Positions 1 through 10,483 are shown, counted from the first letter of the stretch. The stretch: DNA of 64,000 nt from Pseudomonadales bacterium (GCA_021295855.1 JAGWBO010000001.1:11134-75133); one strand, 5' to 3'. Translations and numbers: made by a program. The notes: generated from the sequence alone by a model not told the origin.

Positions 1-209
1 ATCATGTTCTCAGGATCGTCGCCATCGGCAATGATCTGAATTGCGACCGCGCGCACGTTTGGGTCGTCGTGTGCAGCAATGATTGCAGTCGCCAGGGAGT
101 CTAACGATTCATAGTTGACGCGGTTTCCTAGTAATTGGAAACTAAGCACGTTCTCATCTTGTTTGCACGCGATCGAATCGTTGCTGAATTGCCGCTCGTA
201 GTCAGGCAT
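1..209 (-). CDS. hypothetical protein, N-terminal part only (ORF runs off the left window edge)
   Basis: Hand translation of the minus strand: ATG at 209 overlaps the mobA stop (ATGCCTGA). The frame MPDYERQFSNDSIACKQDENVLSFQLLGNRVNYESLDSLATAIIAAHDDPNVRAVAIQIIADGDDPENM stays open to base 1. No family recognised. It is absent from the supplied ORF track, probably because it is truncated. Confidence 0.3.
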   Translation of the reverse strand, partial: MPDYERQFSNDSIACKQDENVLSFQLLGNRVNYESLDSLATAIIAAHDDPNVRAVAIQIIADGDDPENM

Positions 210-813
210 GGTCGTGTTCGTTAGTCGCTCTAGATCGCGCTATCGCTAGTTCTTCGTGTGTATTGACATTTAGAAAAGAATCTTCGATCGAACTCAAGTC
301 AGTAGATCGAATACCGGCATCGTCTAGCCAGTGTTTTACGGCGTTCCCACCGCGCATATGAAAGTCGATTAACTGTTCGCGATGTTCCGCGTCAATGAGC
401 AGGCACAAGTTCTGTCGCACACCATTCACGGTTGGTACGGCGATTCCCCGCGTCTCTGCGTCAGTCCGCAGACGCTCGACTATGTCACTGGCAATGAATG
501 GCGTATCTCCTGGAGTGGTAAATGCCCACTCGGTATCGACGTGTGCAAACGATTCGGTCAATCCGGCTAAAGGTCCTAGGTTTAGTTCCTTGTCGATCGC
601 AAGAGGATGGCGAAGTGCTTCGTAGATTCCCACATTCCGAGAGCAAGAAATCACAATGTCGCTCACCTGCGGTTCGAGTCTTTCACAAATCCAATCAATC
701 AGACGCTTACCGTTGAGAGTCATTAGAGGCTTGTCTTGCCCGTCTAGACGGGAACCCTTACCACCGCAAAGTACGATCGCAGTGACAGCTTCAGGGATCG
801 CGTTGGTCGCCAT
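202..813 (-). CDS. mobA: molybdenum cofactor guanylyltransferase (MobA)
   Basis: N-terminal AIVLCGGKGSRLDGQDKPL nucleotidyltransferase motif, typical of MobA. About 200 aa. Last gene of the formate dehydrogenase/fdhD operon. Confidence 0.8.
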   Translation of the reverse strand: MATNAIPEAVTAIVLCGGKGSRLDGQDKPLMTLNGKRLIDWICERLEPQVSDIVISCSRNVGIYEALRHPLAIDKELNLGPLAGLTESFAHVDTEWAFTTPGDTPFIASDIVERLRTDAETRGIAVPTVNGVRQNLCLLIDAEHREQLIDFHMRGGNAVKHWLDDAGIRSTDLSSIEDSFLNVNTHEELAIARSRATNEHDHA

Positions 814-815
814 CG

Positions 816-1673
816 CTAAGCCAATGCACCGTGCGATGTATAGACGTTGTAACCGCTCTCGCGTAAAAACCCTATGAGGGTGATGTTGCGTTCGTCTGCT
901 AGCTCGATTGCCAAGTTAGACGGTGGTCCGATCGAGGCAATGAATGGCATGCTGGCCATTGCAGCCTTTTGAACGAGCTCGAAGCCTGCTCGACCACTCA
1001 AAAGGAGTCCAAGATTTCGCAGAGGTGCGCCTGATTCGTACACATACGATCCGATTAGCTTGTCGACCGCGTTGTGACGGCCGACATCCTCTCTTACGCG
1101 TTGGATTTCGCCACTCCCGTCGACCGTCGCGGCTGCGTGAAGTCCACCCGTCCGTTGGAAGTCAGTTTGCCAGGAATGCAGTCGATCTGGCAGCGTGCGC
1201 AGTATGTCGTGCTCAATCCGGTAGTTACTCTCGACCGTCTCTGACAATGGTGCATCAATCGCCTCAATGGATGTCTTGCCGCATACGCCACAACTGGATG
1301 TCGTATAGAAATTACGCTGTAATCGATCAAGATCAAGATCGGTGGTAGGTGCTAGCTCGACCTGAACGACATTCTGGTAACCCTTATCGGGGCTCGGCGG
1401 CCCACAATATCGAACGTCGGTAACGTCGCTTGCGTCTCTAATGACGCCTTCGCAGAGTAGGTACCCTAGGGCTAGCTCGAAATCTTGACCCGGGGTTCGC
1501 ATCGTGACGGAAATCGTTTGCGTGAGTCCATCTTTCTTTGATATCTGCAATTCCATCGGCTCTTCGACGCTGACCACGTCGTGTACGGTGTTGGCAACGC
1601 CGTCTGAGACGCGATCAAGAAGGATACGGACACTTGAAGGTGCACTCGAGCTTTCGCTCGGTATCGTGCTCAT
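816..1673 (-). CDS. fdhD: formate dehydrogenase accessory sulfurtransferase FdhD
   Basis: FdhD-like GRHNAVDKLIG motif and cysteine loop SSCGVCGK. I place the start at the internal Met (MSTIPSE...), which gives an ATGA overlap with the fdsA stop at 1670-1673. The ORF-track start is 1733. Confidence 0.85.
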   Translation of the reverse strand: MSTIPSESSSAPSSVRILLDRVSDGVANTVHDVVSVEEPMELQISKKDGLTQTISVTMRTPGQDFELALGYLLCEGVIRDASDVTDVRYCGPPSPDKGYQNVVQVELAPTTDLDLDRLQRNFYTTSSCGVCGKTSIEAIDAPLSETVESNYRIEHDILRTLPDRLHSWQTDFQRTGGLHAAATVDGSGEIQRVREDVGRHNAVDKLIGSYVYESGAPLRNLGLLLSGRAGFELVQKAAMASMPFIASIGPPSNLAIELADERNITLIGFLRESGYNVYTSHGALA

Positions 1674-4507
1674 TTGCCGACGGGCAATAGCTCGACTTGC
1701 TGATCGCGTCGTTCGTTGAAATTCAATTGCCAATCCGCTTGATGGTTCGCGGGTGTGATTTCAACCGCCGTGACCTTGTATTCGGGACAATTGGTGAACT
1801 CGTCAGACAGGCTCGTCGTAATCACGTTTGTGCCGGTTCCGGGGTAGTGGAAAGTCGTGTAAACAACGCCTGGTACGACTTTTTCGGTGACTTCCGCACG
1901 TAACGTTATCTCGCCAACACGACTTCGAATTGATACCCAATCTGCGCTCCGTATACCGCGAAGTTCAGCGTCACTCGGATGAATCTCCAGTACGTCTTCG
2001 TCCAACCAAACGGTGTTTTCCGTGCGGCGCGTCTGCGTACCAACGTTGTAGTGATGTAGTTTTCTGCCCGTGGTCAGCAGCAAAGGGAACTTACGGTTGG
2101 TACGTTCTTCGGTCGGCACGTACTCAGTTATCTTGAACAGCCCCTTACCGCGAACGAATTCGTCGACGTGCATGACTGGTGTGCCTTCAGGTGACTCGTC
2201 AGTCACTGGCCACTGGGCGCTATGCACTTCATCGAGGTGTGCGAACGACAGTCTTTCGAAGTCCGGTGTGGAAGTCGCAAGTTCATCCAGGATCTCACCG
2301 GATGATTGGTACGACATGTCGTAGCCCATCGCTTTTGCGATTTCGCATGTGACTTCCCATTCGTGCTTTTCGGTCTTCGGTGCGATTGCGGGACGAACTC
2401 GATTGAAGCGGCGTTCGGCATTCACAAACGTGCCGTCTTTTTCGAGGAATGAAGTTCCCGGTAGAAAAATGTGTGCGAATTTAGCGGTTTCGGTCAGGAA
2501 CAAGTCTTGCACAATCACGCAATCCATGGCGCGAAGTGCCTCTTCAACGTGCTTTGTATTCGGGTCGGACTGCGCAAAGTCCTCGCCTTGAATATACATG
2601 CCCATGAAGGTACCAGCGACGGCTTCATCAAACATGTTCGGTATACGTAAGCCGGGTTCCTCGTCGATGGTGACGCCCCAGAGTTCATTGAAACTCTCAC
2701 GCACTTTCTCGCTCACAACCGGGCGATGCCCAGGCAATTCATGCGGGAACGAACCGACGTCCGTCGAGCCCTGTACGTTGTTCTGGCCACGAAGCGGGTT
2801 AATACCTACGCCTTTTCGACCGATGTTGCCAGTTGCCATGGCGAGATTCGCCATACCCATGACCATCGCGGAACCTTGGCTATGTTCGGTAACGCCGAGA
2901 CCGTAGTAGATCGATGCGTTGGGTGCCGCCGCGAACATGTGTGCAGCTTTGCGCAAACTATCCGCTGTCACGCCGCATATTTCGGCGACTGCTTCAGGTG
3001 AGTTTTCGTCGCGTCGAATGAACTCACACCAATCTTCAAATGAATCGAACTCGCACCGTGACTTAACGAAATCTAAGTCACATAGTCCTTCGGTCACGAT
3101 GACGTGTGCAAGCGCATTGATGAACGGCAGGTTGGTACCAGGTTTAAGTGGAACGTGAACTGCGGCTTCCACGTGCGGTGATCGCACGAAATCGATCTCG
3201 CGTGGATCTGCGACGATGACTTTTGCGCCTTCACGTAAGCGTTGTTTGATTCGACTTGCGAATACCGGATGACCCTGTGTCGGATTTGCGCCGATCAGCA
3301 GCACTAGGTCGGTATCTTCAACGGAGTCGAAATCCTGGGTACCGGCGGCAGTGCCAAAGGTCTGGATCAAGCCATATCCGGTGGGCGAGTGGCATACGCG
3401 CGCACACGTATCGATGTTGTTGTTGCCAAATGCCGTACGTACGAGTTTTTGTACGACATAGATTTCTTCGATCGTAACGCGCGAAGACGAGACGGCTCCG
3501 ATTGACTTCCGTCCATATTTAGCTTGGATTGCCGTCAATCGTTTGGCGGTCTCTTGTATCGCTTCGTCCCACGACACCTCGCGCCACGGTTCGTCAATTC
3601 GATCTCGAACCATGGGTTTGTAGATTCGGTCCTGATGATTAGCGTAGCCCCAAGCAAAACGACCTTTGACGCAGGACGCACCATGGTTCGCCTTGCCGGC
3701 TTTGTCCGGTACCATCCGAACGACCTGATCGCCTTTCATTTCCGCTTTAAAGGAGCAACCGACGCCGCAATAACCGCATGTGGTCAATACAGTGCGATCA
3801 GGCACGCCGTGTTCGATGACGGATTTTTCCATCAAGGTGGCGGTGGGGCACGCTTGCACACACGCGCCGCAGGACACACACTCGGAATCAAAAAACGACT
3901 CCGCACCCGTTGAAATCTTTGACGCAAAGCCTCGATCATCAACCGTTAGCGCGAAAGTCCCTTGAATCTCGTCGCACGCTCGAACGCAACGTGAGCAAAC
4001 GATGCACTTAGATGGGTCGAACGTGAAGTAGGGGTTGCTCTCGTCTTTCGCTTCAGCTAGGTGATTCGCGCCTTCTTCGTAACGCACCTCTCGCAGTCCA
4101 ACTTGGCCTGCGACATCCTGCAATTCGCAATCACCATTCGCCGAACACGTCAAGCAGTCGAGCGGGTGGTCAGAGATATAGAGTTCCATGACGCCGCGTC
4201 GCAAGTCGGCGATCGACTCATTCTGCGTGACGACCTCCATTCCCTCAGTGACCGGTTCAGTACATGCTGCGAAGTAACCATTCCGACCTTCGATTTGCAC
4301 CATGCACATCCGACACGAGCCGAATGCCTCAAGGCTATCAGTCGCGCACAGTTTGGGGATTTCTAGTTCGAGTAATGAGGCAGCGCGCATGATGGACGTG
4401 CCGGTTGGTACGGCTACGGATTGACCGTCTATCGAAAGGGCGACCGAATTTTTCGGATCGAAATGGGCTATCGGCGGTGTGCCAAAGTCCTTGTCAAGCA
4501 ATCTCAT
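1670..4507 (-). CDS. fdsA: NAD-dependent formate dehydrogenase alpha subunit (2Fe-2S/4Fe-4S N-terminus plus molybdopterin domain), cysteine type
   Basis: 945 aa. N-terminal NuoG-like ferredoxin region (CATDSLEAFGSCRMC; CxxCxxxC clusters). The molybdopterin oxidoreductase body carries the active-site string NNIDTCARVCHSPTGYG; the codon at 3392-3394 is TGC, so Cys rather than Sec. Confidence 0.9.
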   Translation of the reverse strand: MRLLDKDFGTPPIAHFDPKNSVALSIDGQSVAVPTGTSIMRAASLLELEIPKLCATDSLEAFGSCRMCMVQIEGRNGYFAACTEPVTEGMEVVTQNESIADLRRGVMELYISDHPLDCLTCSANGDCELQDVAGQVGLREVRYEEGANHLAEAKDESNPYFTFDPSKCIVCSRCVRACDEIQGTFALTVDDRGFASKISTGAESFFDSECVSCGACVQACPTATLMEKSVIEHGVPDRTVLTTCGYCGVGCSFKAEMKGDQVVRMVPDKAGKANHGASCVKGRFAWGYANHQDRIYKPMVRDRIDEPWREVSWDEAIQETAKRLTAIQAKYGRKSIGAVSSSRVTIEEIYVVQKLVRTAFGNNNIDTCARVCHSPTGYGLIQTFGTAAGTQDFDSVEDTDLVLLIGANPTQGHPVFASRIKQRLREGAKVIVADPREIDFVRSPHVEAAVHVPLKPGTNLPFINALAHVIVTEGLCDLDFVKSRCEFDSFEDWCEFIRRDENSPEAVAEICGVTADSLRKAAHMFAAAPNASIYYGLGVTEHSQGSAMVMGMANLAMATGNIGRKGVGINPLRGQNNVQGSTDVGSFPHELPGHRPVVSEKVRESFNELWGVTIDEEPGLRIPNMFDEAVAGTFMGMYIQGEDFAQSDPNTKHVEEALRAMDCVIVQDLFLTETAKFAHIFLPGTSFLEKDGTFVNAERRFNRVRPAIAPKTEKHEWEVTCEIAKAMGYDMSYQSSGEILDELATSTPDFERLSFAHLDEVHSAQWPVTDESPEGTPVMHVDEFVRGKGLFKITEYVPTEERTNRKFPLLLTTGRKLHHYNVGTQTRRTENTVWLDEDVLEIHPSDAELRGIRSADWVSIRSRVGEITLRAEVTEKVVPGVVYTTFHYPGTGTNVITTSLSDEFTNCPEYKVTAVEITPANHQADWQLNFNERRDQQVELLPVGK

Positions 4508-4522
4508 TACAGCAGGATTGAA

Positions 4523-6019
4523 TTAACGGAAATCTTCTGGAAAACGCTCGAGGGCACTTCGAACGGGAATCGGCGTCATGCCGCCCATTTGGCACAAGCT
4601 TGCGTTTTCCATTACGTCACAGAGCTCGCGAATTAATTGTATATCCGCGTTCACATTTCCGGTATTCTGCAAGCCTTGGACTAACTCCTTACCGCGAACG
4701 CTGCCAATGCGGCACGGCGTGCACTTTCCGCAGGACTCGATTTCACAGAATTCGAAGGCATATTCCGCTTGTTCACGAAGATCGACGGTATCGTCGAAGA
4801 CCACCAGTCCCCCGTGTCCGATTCCAGCGCCGATCGCTTGCATGGCTTCATAGGTCAGTGGCGTATCGAGTTCTGCCTCCGATAGATATGCGCCTAAAGG
4901 TCCGCCGATCTGCACACACCGGAACGGTCTCCCTGAACGCGTACCGCCTCCGTAGTCCTCGACGAGTTCGCGAACGGTGTGCCCGAACTCAAGTTCGATG
5001 AGCCCGCCGTATTTCACGTTACCCGCAATCTGGAACGGAATGGTTCCGCACGAGGGTGCGACTCCGAGCGCGCCATACTCATCCCCGCCTAGATCAAATA
5101 AACTAGGTACGGAAGCAAGCGTGATGACGTTGTGTACCAGCGTCGGTTTGTCAAACAATCCTGAAATCGCGGGTAGCGGTGGTTTGACTCGAATCTGCCC
5201 CCGTTTACCTTCAAGGCTTTCAAGAAGGGATGTCTCCTCACCGCAGATGTACGCGCCAGCTCCGAGAAACAACTGTAAGTCAAAGGAAAATTCACTGCCG
5301 AAGATGTTATTTCCTAGTAGATTCTCTTCATAAGCTCTTGAAATAGAACGCTTTAATTCGTGCATCGCAAATGGATACTCGGACCGTAGATAGATATACC
5401 CGTGCGATGCGCCGCATGCATAACCAGCGATCGACATGCCTTCGATCAGTGCATCCGGATCGCCTTCCATGAGCATACGATCCGAGAAAGTACCTGAGTC
5501 GCCTTCGTCGGCGTTACAGACGATGTAGCGTTGATCGGCCGGTGTTTCAGCGACTGTTCGCCATTTAATGTGCGCAGGAAAACCTGCGCCGCCGCGTCCG
5601 CGCAGGCCCGCGGTCTGGAGCTCGTCGATCAAATCGCGGGGATTCCGCTCGAGCACGCTTTTCAGCGTCGCGTAGGTGGGCGTGTCTGTGAGCGATGCAT
5701 ACCCGACGTTTCGAAAAACTAGACGTTGTTGAGGTTTAAGAAACGGGTGCCGGTTAATGTCCCCTAAATAAGCGTGATGTTGCTCAATAGCATCCTTGCT
5801 TTTGATCGCTTCAACAAGGCCAGGAACCATCTCTTCGGACACTGGTCCAAACGCAATTCTGCCATCGGGCGAATCGAATTCGATCAGAGGTTCAAGCCAT
5901 GCGAGACCGTAAGAACCTACGTCGACACAATCGATGCCATGAGTGGCTAATGCGATTTCAACAGCTGATTTGCCAAGTGCGTGGGCGAATGAGTCATTCG
6001 ATAGGTATGCAGTTGTCAC
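4523..6019 (-). CDS. fdsB: formate dehydrogenase beta subunit (NuoF-like, FMN/NAD-binding, 4Fe-4S)
   Basis: NuoF-type motifs GRGGAGFP, CNADEGDSGTF and ESCGKCTPCR. 4-bp overlap with fdsG. Confidence 0.85.
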   Translation of the reverse strand: MTTAYLSNDSFAHALGKSAVEIALATHGIDCVDVGSYGLAWLEPLIEFDSPDGRIAFGPVSEEMVPGLVEAIKSKDAIEQHHAYLGDINRHPFLKPQQRLVFRNVGYASLTDTPTYATLKSVLERNPRDLIDELQTAGLRGRGGAGFPAHIKWRTVAETPADQRYIVCNADEGDSGTFSDRMLMEGDPDALIEGMSIAGYACGASHGYIYLRSEYPFAMHELKRSISRAYEENLLGNNIFGSEFSFDLQLFLGAGAYICGEETSLLESLEGKRGQIRVKPPLPAISGLFDKPTLVHNVITLASVPSLFDLGGDEYGALGVAPSCGTIPFQIAGNVKYGGLIELEFGHTVRELVEDYGGGTRSGRPFRCVQIGGPLGAYLSEAELDTPLTYEAMQAIGAGIGHGGLVVFDDTVDLREQAEYAFEFCEIESCGKCTPCRIGSVRGKELVQGLQNTGNVNADIQLIRELCDVMENASLCQMGGMTPIPVRSALERFPEDFR

Positions 6020-6510
6020 AGGTGAGATAACACCTGGTCTGCGGTGGCGTTGGACACGAGTTGACCGTTGATTTCCACTGCAGGTCCGTTAGGGCACAGT
6101 CCTAGGCAGTAAACAAAGCTGACAGTTGTTTCGCCGTCGGCAGTTTGACAAGGAATCTTTGACCCTAAATGCGATTCGACCGCAGCGACTAAATCCCTGG
6201 ATCGATTTGCTTGACAAGCTTCTGCTGTACAAATACGTAGTAATTTGGAAGGTTGTGGCTCTGTTTTGAAGTCATGGTAAAAGCTGATGACGCCACTGAC
6301 TTCAGCAACGCTCAAATTGAAGATGTCTGCGAGAATGTGCTTTTGATCGACACTGATATACCCAAACTCCCTCATCAAGCGGTGACAAGCGTGAATAATT
6401 CCGCCGACGAGGTTCGTACAGGGTTGTAATAGCTCTCGTACTTCGGCCTCGGACATATACAGGCGGGGATTGGCGATGCGCCGATTATATGGTCGACTGT
6501 GCCTTTGCAA
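6016..6510 (-). CDS. fdsG: formate dehydrogenase gamma subunit (NuoE-like 2Fe-2S thioredoxin-fold protein)
   Basis: NuoE-like cysteines (CTAEAC ... YCLGLCPNGPA). First gene of the operon. The true start may be the internal Met at about 6456. Confidence 0.8.
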   Translation of the reverse strand: MQRHSRPYNRRIANPRLYMSEAEVRELLQPCTNLVGGIIHACHRLMREFGYISVDQKHILADIFNLSVAEVSGVISFYHDFKTEPQPSKLLRICTAEACQANRSRDLVAAVESHLGSKIPCQTADGETTVSFVYCLGLCPNGPAVEINGQLVSNATADQVLSHL

Positions 6511-6557
6511 TCTGTCTGATTTTGTTTGCAGTTAACGGCCAAATTTAGTATTACGGC

Positions 6558-7907
6558 GTGAAATACGACTACGATCTCTTCGTTATTGGTGCAGGCTCTG
6601 GCGGCGTGCGAGCAGCACGAATGTCTGCGAATCTGGGTGCAAAAGTTGCTATCGCCGAGGAGCGCTATCTAGGCGGCACCTGTGTTAACGTAGGGTGTAT
6701 CCCTAAGAAGCTATTCGTCTACGGAAGTCATTTCAGCGAGGACTTCGATGAATCTGCGGCGTACGGGTGGAACGTTCACGACACCGATTTCGACTGGTCA
6801 AAGCTACTCGCAAACAAGAACAAAGAGATCTCACGTTTGAATGAGATATATCGGAACCTACTTGAGTCTCCTGGCGCGGAGATTTTCGAGACCCACGCGG
6901 CGCTCACGGACGATCACACGATTCAAGTTGGAGACCACCAGGTCACTGCGGATAAGATCTTGGTAGCGACCGGTTCATGGCCCGTGGTACCGGATATTCC
7001 TGGTCGCGAGCATGTCCAGACGTCGAATGAGGCATTTTTCTTTGAATCACTACCGGAACGTGTGATCGTCGTCGGAGGTGGGTACATCGCCGTTGAGTTC
7101 GCGGGAATATATCAAGGATTAGGTGTCGAGACGACGTTGCTTTATCGCGGCCCGTTATTTCTGCGTGGTTTCGATGAATCAGTTCGAGAATTTGTTCGCG
7201 ATCAACTGATCGAGAAAGGCGTTGATGTACGATTCAACGCGATCGTCGACAAGGCGACGATAACTACGGACGGTAAGGTCGCACGATTGTCAGATGGGTC
7301 ACGGGTTGTCGCGGATGAGATTCTGTACGCGACCGGTCGTCGTCCGTTATCTTCGTCATGTGGATTGAGTCCGGCTGGCGTACAAACGGATGCAAGGGCC
7401 GCAATTCGTGTCAACTCTGACTACCGCACGAATGTTCCGAATATCTATGCCATCGGTGACGTGATAGACCGGATGCAGCTGACCCCTGTGGCGATTGCCG
7501 AAGGTATGTGTATCGCATACAACCTGTTTGCGGGTGAATCACGAAAGGTGAACTACAACGACATTCCGACCTCCGTTTTCTGCCAACCGAATATCGGCAC
7601 GGTTGGACCCACGGAGGCTGTCGCGCGTACGACGTATCCGGACTTGCATGTCTACGAGTCGTCGTTCCGACCCCTCAAGTACACGATGTCGGATAATCAG
7701 GAGCGCACATACATGAAATTGCTCGTGGATGGCGGCTCCGACCGAGTTGTGGCAGCGCACATGGTCGGACCTGAAGCAGGTGAGATCATTCAAGGGTTGG
7801 CCGTGGCGATCAAAGCAGGTGCAACGAAAGAGGATTTCGACGCGACGATCGGGATTCACCCGACCGCCGCGGAAGAGTTCGTCACCATGCGCGATCGGGC
7901 ACGTTAG
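6558..7907 (+). CDS. gor: glutathione-disulfide reductase
   Basis: FAD motif DLFVIGAGSGGVRAA, redox-active disulfide GGTCVNVGCIPKK, and C-terminal dimerisation-domain HPT motif (IGIHPTAAEEFVTM). 449 aa. Confidence 0.85.
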   Translation: MKYDYDLFVIGAGSGGVRAARMSANLGAKVAIAEERYLGGTCVNVGCIPKKLFVYGSHFSEDFDESAAYGWNVHDTDFDWSKLLANKNKEISRLNEIYRNLLESPGAEIFETHAALTDDHTIQVGDHQVTADKILVATGSWPVVPDIPGREHVQTSNEAFFFESLPERVIVVGGGYIAVEFAGIYQGLGVETTLLYRGPLFLRGFDESVREFVRDQLIEKGVDVRFNAIVDKATITTDGKVARLSDGSRVVADEILYATGRRPLSSSCGLSPAGVQTDARAAIRVNSDYRTNVPNIYAIGDVIDRMQLTPVAIAEGMCIAYNLFAGESRKVNYNDIPTSVFCQPNIGTVGPTEAVARTTYPDLHVYESSFRPLKYTMSDNQERTYMKLLVDGGSDRVVAAHMVGPEAGEIIQGLAVAIKAGATKEDFDATIGIHPTAAEEFVTMRDRAR

Positions 7908-7919
7908 AGGACGCATGCG

Positions 7920-9599
7920 ATGTCAGAAGTGATTCAAGCGTTTGAGGGATTCCTCGGCCTCTTAGATAGTTGGCTCGGGTCTTCCATTTGGTTCCCCTAC
8001 GTGCTAGTCGGTGTCGGGGTGTGGTTTACGATCTATTTAGGGTTTCCGCAGTTTCGATACTTTATGCGAGCTTTGCGATTTCTCTTCGGTAAAGAAGGCG
8101 ATTCCAATGCACCTGGCGACACGACACACTTCCGTGCGCTGACGACCGCGTTATCCGGTACGGTGGGTACTGGGAACATTGGAGGTGTTGCCTTCGCGCT
8201 GTTCTTAGGCGGACCGGCGGCGTTGTTTTGGATGTGGGTGACTGCATTCGTAGGTATGACGACAAAGTTCGTCGAGGTCACGCTTTCTCATAAATATCGC
8301 GAATTCGACGACAAGGGCGAGATCGCGGGTGGACCCATGTACTACATGGAGAAACGTCTCAACATGAAGTGGCTCGCGGTCATCTTCGCGTTCGCCACAT
8401 TGTTAAGCGCAATCGGTACGGGTTGCCTTCCACAGAGCAACAACCTCGCTAACGGTCTCGAATCATCGTTTGGCATTCCGACTTGGATCAGCGGACTTGT
8501 GCTTGCCGTCCTACTGGGATTGGTAGTGATTGGTGGTATCAAGCGGATCGCCGCGGTCGCGTCCAAAATCGTTCCGATCATGGCGGTGTTCTATCTAGTT
8601 GGTGCGGTCGGAGTCATCATCGTCAATGCAGAGAACATCTGGCCTTCTTTCGTCAGCATCTTCGAGAGCATTTTCACAGGCAGTGCAGCTCTAGGCGGCT
8701 TCCTCGGTGCTAGTTTCGCATATGCGTTCACGCACGGGGTCAATCGTGGCATATTCTCAAATGAGGCAGGTCAGGGTAGCGCACCTATCGCGCATGCAAG
8801 CGCAAAGGCAGACGATCCAGTGCCGGAAGGGTTGGTTTCGTTGCTTGAGCCTTTCATTGACACGTTGGTTATCTGCACGATCACGGGTCTAGTGATCTTG
8901 TCATCTGGCGCGTGGGCTGATAAGTTCCCAAATCAATTCACCCCTGCCAACACCGAGATCGTCGCTGGCGTATATACCGACGAGAATCCGTCTCATGTCG
9001 AGATGCTAAGTGCGCATCTCGGACGAACACCGCCAGCGAATGATCCCATCAAGCCATTAACGGCCGAGCTGCCCGTGGTTGATGGCGCTATTGTTGACGC
9101 TGACTTCACGGTGATTCACAATCGATCCATCGGCGAGAACGTCTTCGTGCGGCAGAATGGTGAACCTTACTCTGGCGTGTTGGTGGTTGATTCAGGAGTC
9201 ATCGAGAGCGATGTAGAGCTACACGGTGATTCATTGATCCATTCGGTAAATCTCACCGTCGAAGCATTTAAACGTGGCATTTTTGGTGATATGGGCCAGT
9301 ATGCCGTAACCATATCGCTCGTGTTGTTCGCGTTCTCCACAGCACTCGCATGGAGCTACTACGGCGATCGCGCAATCCTATATCTATTCGGACCCAAGGC
9401 ACTGACGCCGTATCGATTGATTTATTGCGCAGCGTTCCTGATCGGATCGACGATGGATACAACGTTGATTTGGAAGATCGCAGCCGTCTTCGTGGTGTTG
9501 ATGGCGTTGCCAAATCTGTTCGGCATCACGATGCTCAGTCGCGAGATGAAATCGACGGTACGGAACTTCATGGATCCAGCAAAAGAAAAAGCGATTTAA
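7920..9599 (+). CDS. alanine/glycine:cation symporter (AGCS family) with a large internal loop insertion
   Basis: AGCS signature region [31 protein letters not shown] and multiple TM segments. 559 aa; I recall about 450-490 aa as typical for the family. Confidence 0.85.
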   Translation: MSEVIQAFEGFLGLLDSWLGSSIWFPYVLVGVGVWFTIYLGFPQFRYFMRALRFLFGKEGDSNAPGDTTHFRALTTALSGTVGTGNIGGVAFALFLGGPAALFWMWVTAFVGMTTKFVEVTLSHKYREFDDKGEIAGGPMYYMEKRLNMKWLAVIFAFATLLSAIGTGCLPQSNNLANGLESSFGIPTWISGLVLAVLLGLVVIGGIKRIAAVASKIVPIMAVFYLVGAVGVIIVNAENIWPSFVSIFESIFTGSAALGGFLGASFAYAFTHGVNRGIFSNEAGQGSAPIAHASAKADDPVPEGLVSLLEPFIDTLVICTITGLVILSSGAWADKFPNQFTPANTEIVAGVYTDENPSHVEMLSAHLGRTPPANDPIKPLTAELPVVDGAIVDADFTVIHNRSIGENVFVRQNGEPYSGVLVVDSGVIESDVELHGDSLIHSVNLTVEAFKRGIFGDMGQYAVTISLVLFAFSTALAWSYYGDRAILYLFGPKALTPYRLIYCAAFLIGSTMDTTLIWKIAAVFVVLMALPNLFGITMLSREMKSTVRNFMDPAKEKAI

Positions 9600-9684
9600 G
9601 TACTCGTATAGAGCAGCCACCGATCCTACGCTGCAACGGACAGAGAAGCTACAACCGCAAAAATTTGATTTCACGTCGAACGAT

Positions 9685-10439
9685 TTGAGAGATCAAGTTC
9701 ACGACGAGCTAGCGACAAATGGGTACGCGTGCCTAAGGCAAGGTACAAATCGTCAAATAGCAGAGACTGTCGCGGCTGACATTTGGCACTATCTCGAGTC
9801 TGTTGACGTGTATCGAGATGAAAAGGCATCTTGGCTCATTGGAAAACCGCTTCGCGGGTCCGTGTTTCGTGCGATTCGTGACTACGACGGTTTAACGCCT
9901 TTGTTTTCGAAGACGTTTGAGAGCGAGATGGCGACTCTAGTTGATCTGAAGTTGCGGGAAGGCGAGGAGCAAGTCCTCTACATGACGTTTCCGGAATCGG
10001 AGTACGACCCTAAACGGTGGCTCGTTCCATGGGCTGGGTGGCACAACGACTTCATAGGAGACGGTACAGGTCGAACAAAGTTACTTTTAGGTTTCGTTCT
10101 TTTGAACGATGCAGATGCTGGTGGGGGGAATCTTGTTCTTCTATCAGGCTCGCATCGGCTAAAGGAAGTGATAGCGCCTCAGCACGCGAGTGCAATATGA
10201 AGCAACTCAGTCGAAAGTCTACGGTTCTCGAACGACTTTGGGATCGTCGTGAAGGCGCACCGGGTGCCTGCGTTGGAGAGATTTGCAGCGTAGATGGTAT
10301 TGACCTTCAAGTGATAGAAATGACCGGAAACGCGGGCGACGTATTCCTACTTGACGGCTCACTTCTGCATGCACCAACCGTTAATGAAAGACCGCACGTA
10401 CGGTTGGCAGCAAAGTGCTTTTTCTATGTCACGAATTGA
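9685..10439 (+). pseudogene. PhyH-family Fe(II)/2-oxoglutarate dioxygenase split into two overlapping ORFs (9685..10200 and 10197..10439)
   Basis: ORF1 carries the HxD motif (GWHNDF) and the GGNLVLLSGSHRL strand. ORF2, in another frame, carries GDVFLLDGSLLHAPTVN with the distal His. The junction is an ATGA overlap at 10197-10200. One domain is therefore divided between two frames. Confidence 0.55.
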
Positions 10440-10483
10440 AACTAAGATACAAGCGTAACGTCGCTATTACGTCTGACTGATTG

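Noticed and set aside
202-209. Identical ATGCCTGA gene junction at 202-209 and 37231-37238
   Set aside because: The same 8-mer couples mobA to the next ORF and cysE to the zinc-ribbon ORF. The flanking sequence is unrelated, so this is coincidence rather than a repeat element.
3392-3394. Possible selenocysteine (TGA) at the FDH active site
   Set aside because: The codon is TGC (plus strand gca), followed by His CAC. This is a Cys-type enzyme, and no in-frame TGA or SECIS is needed.
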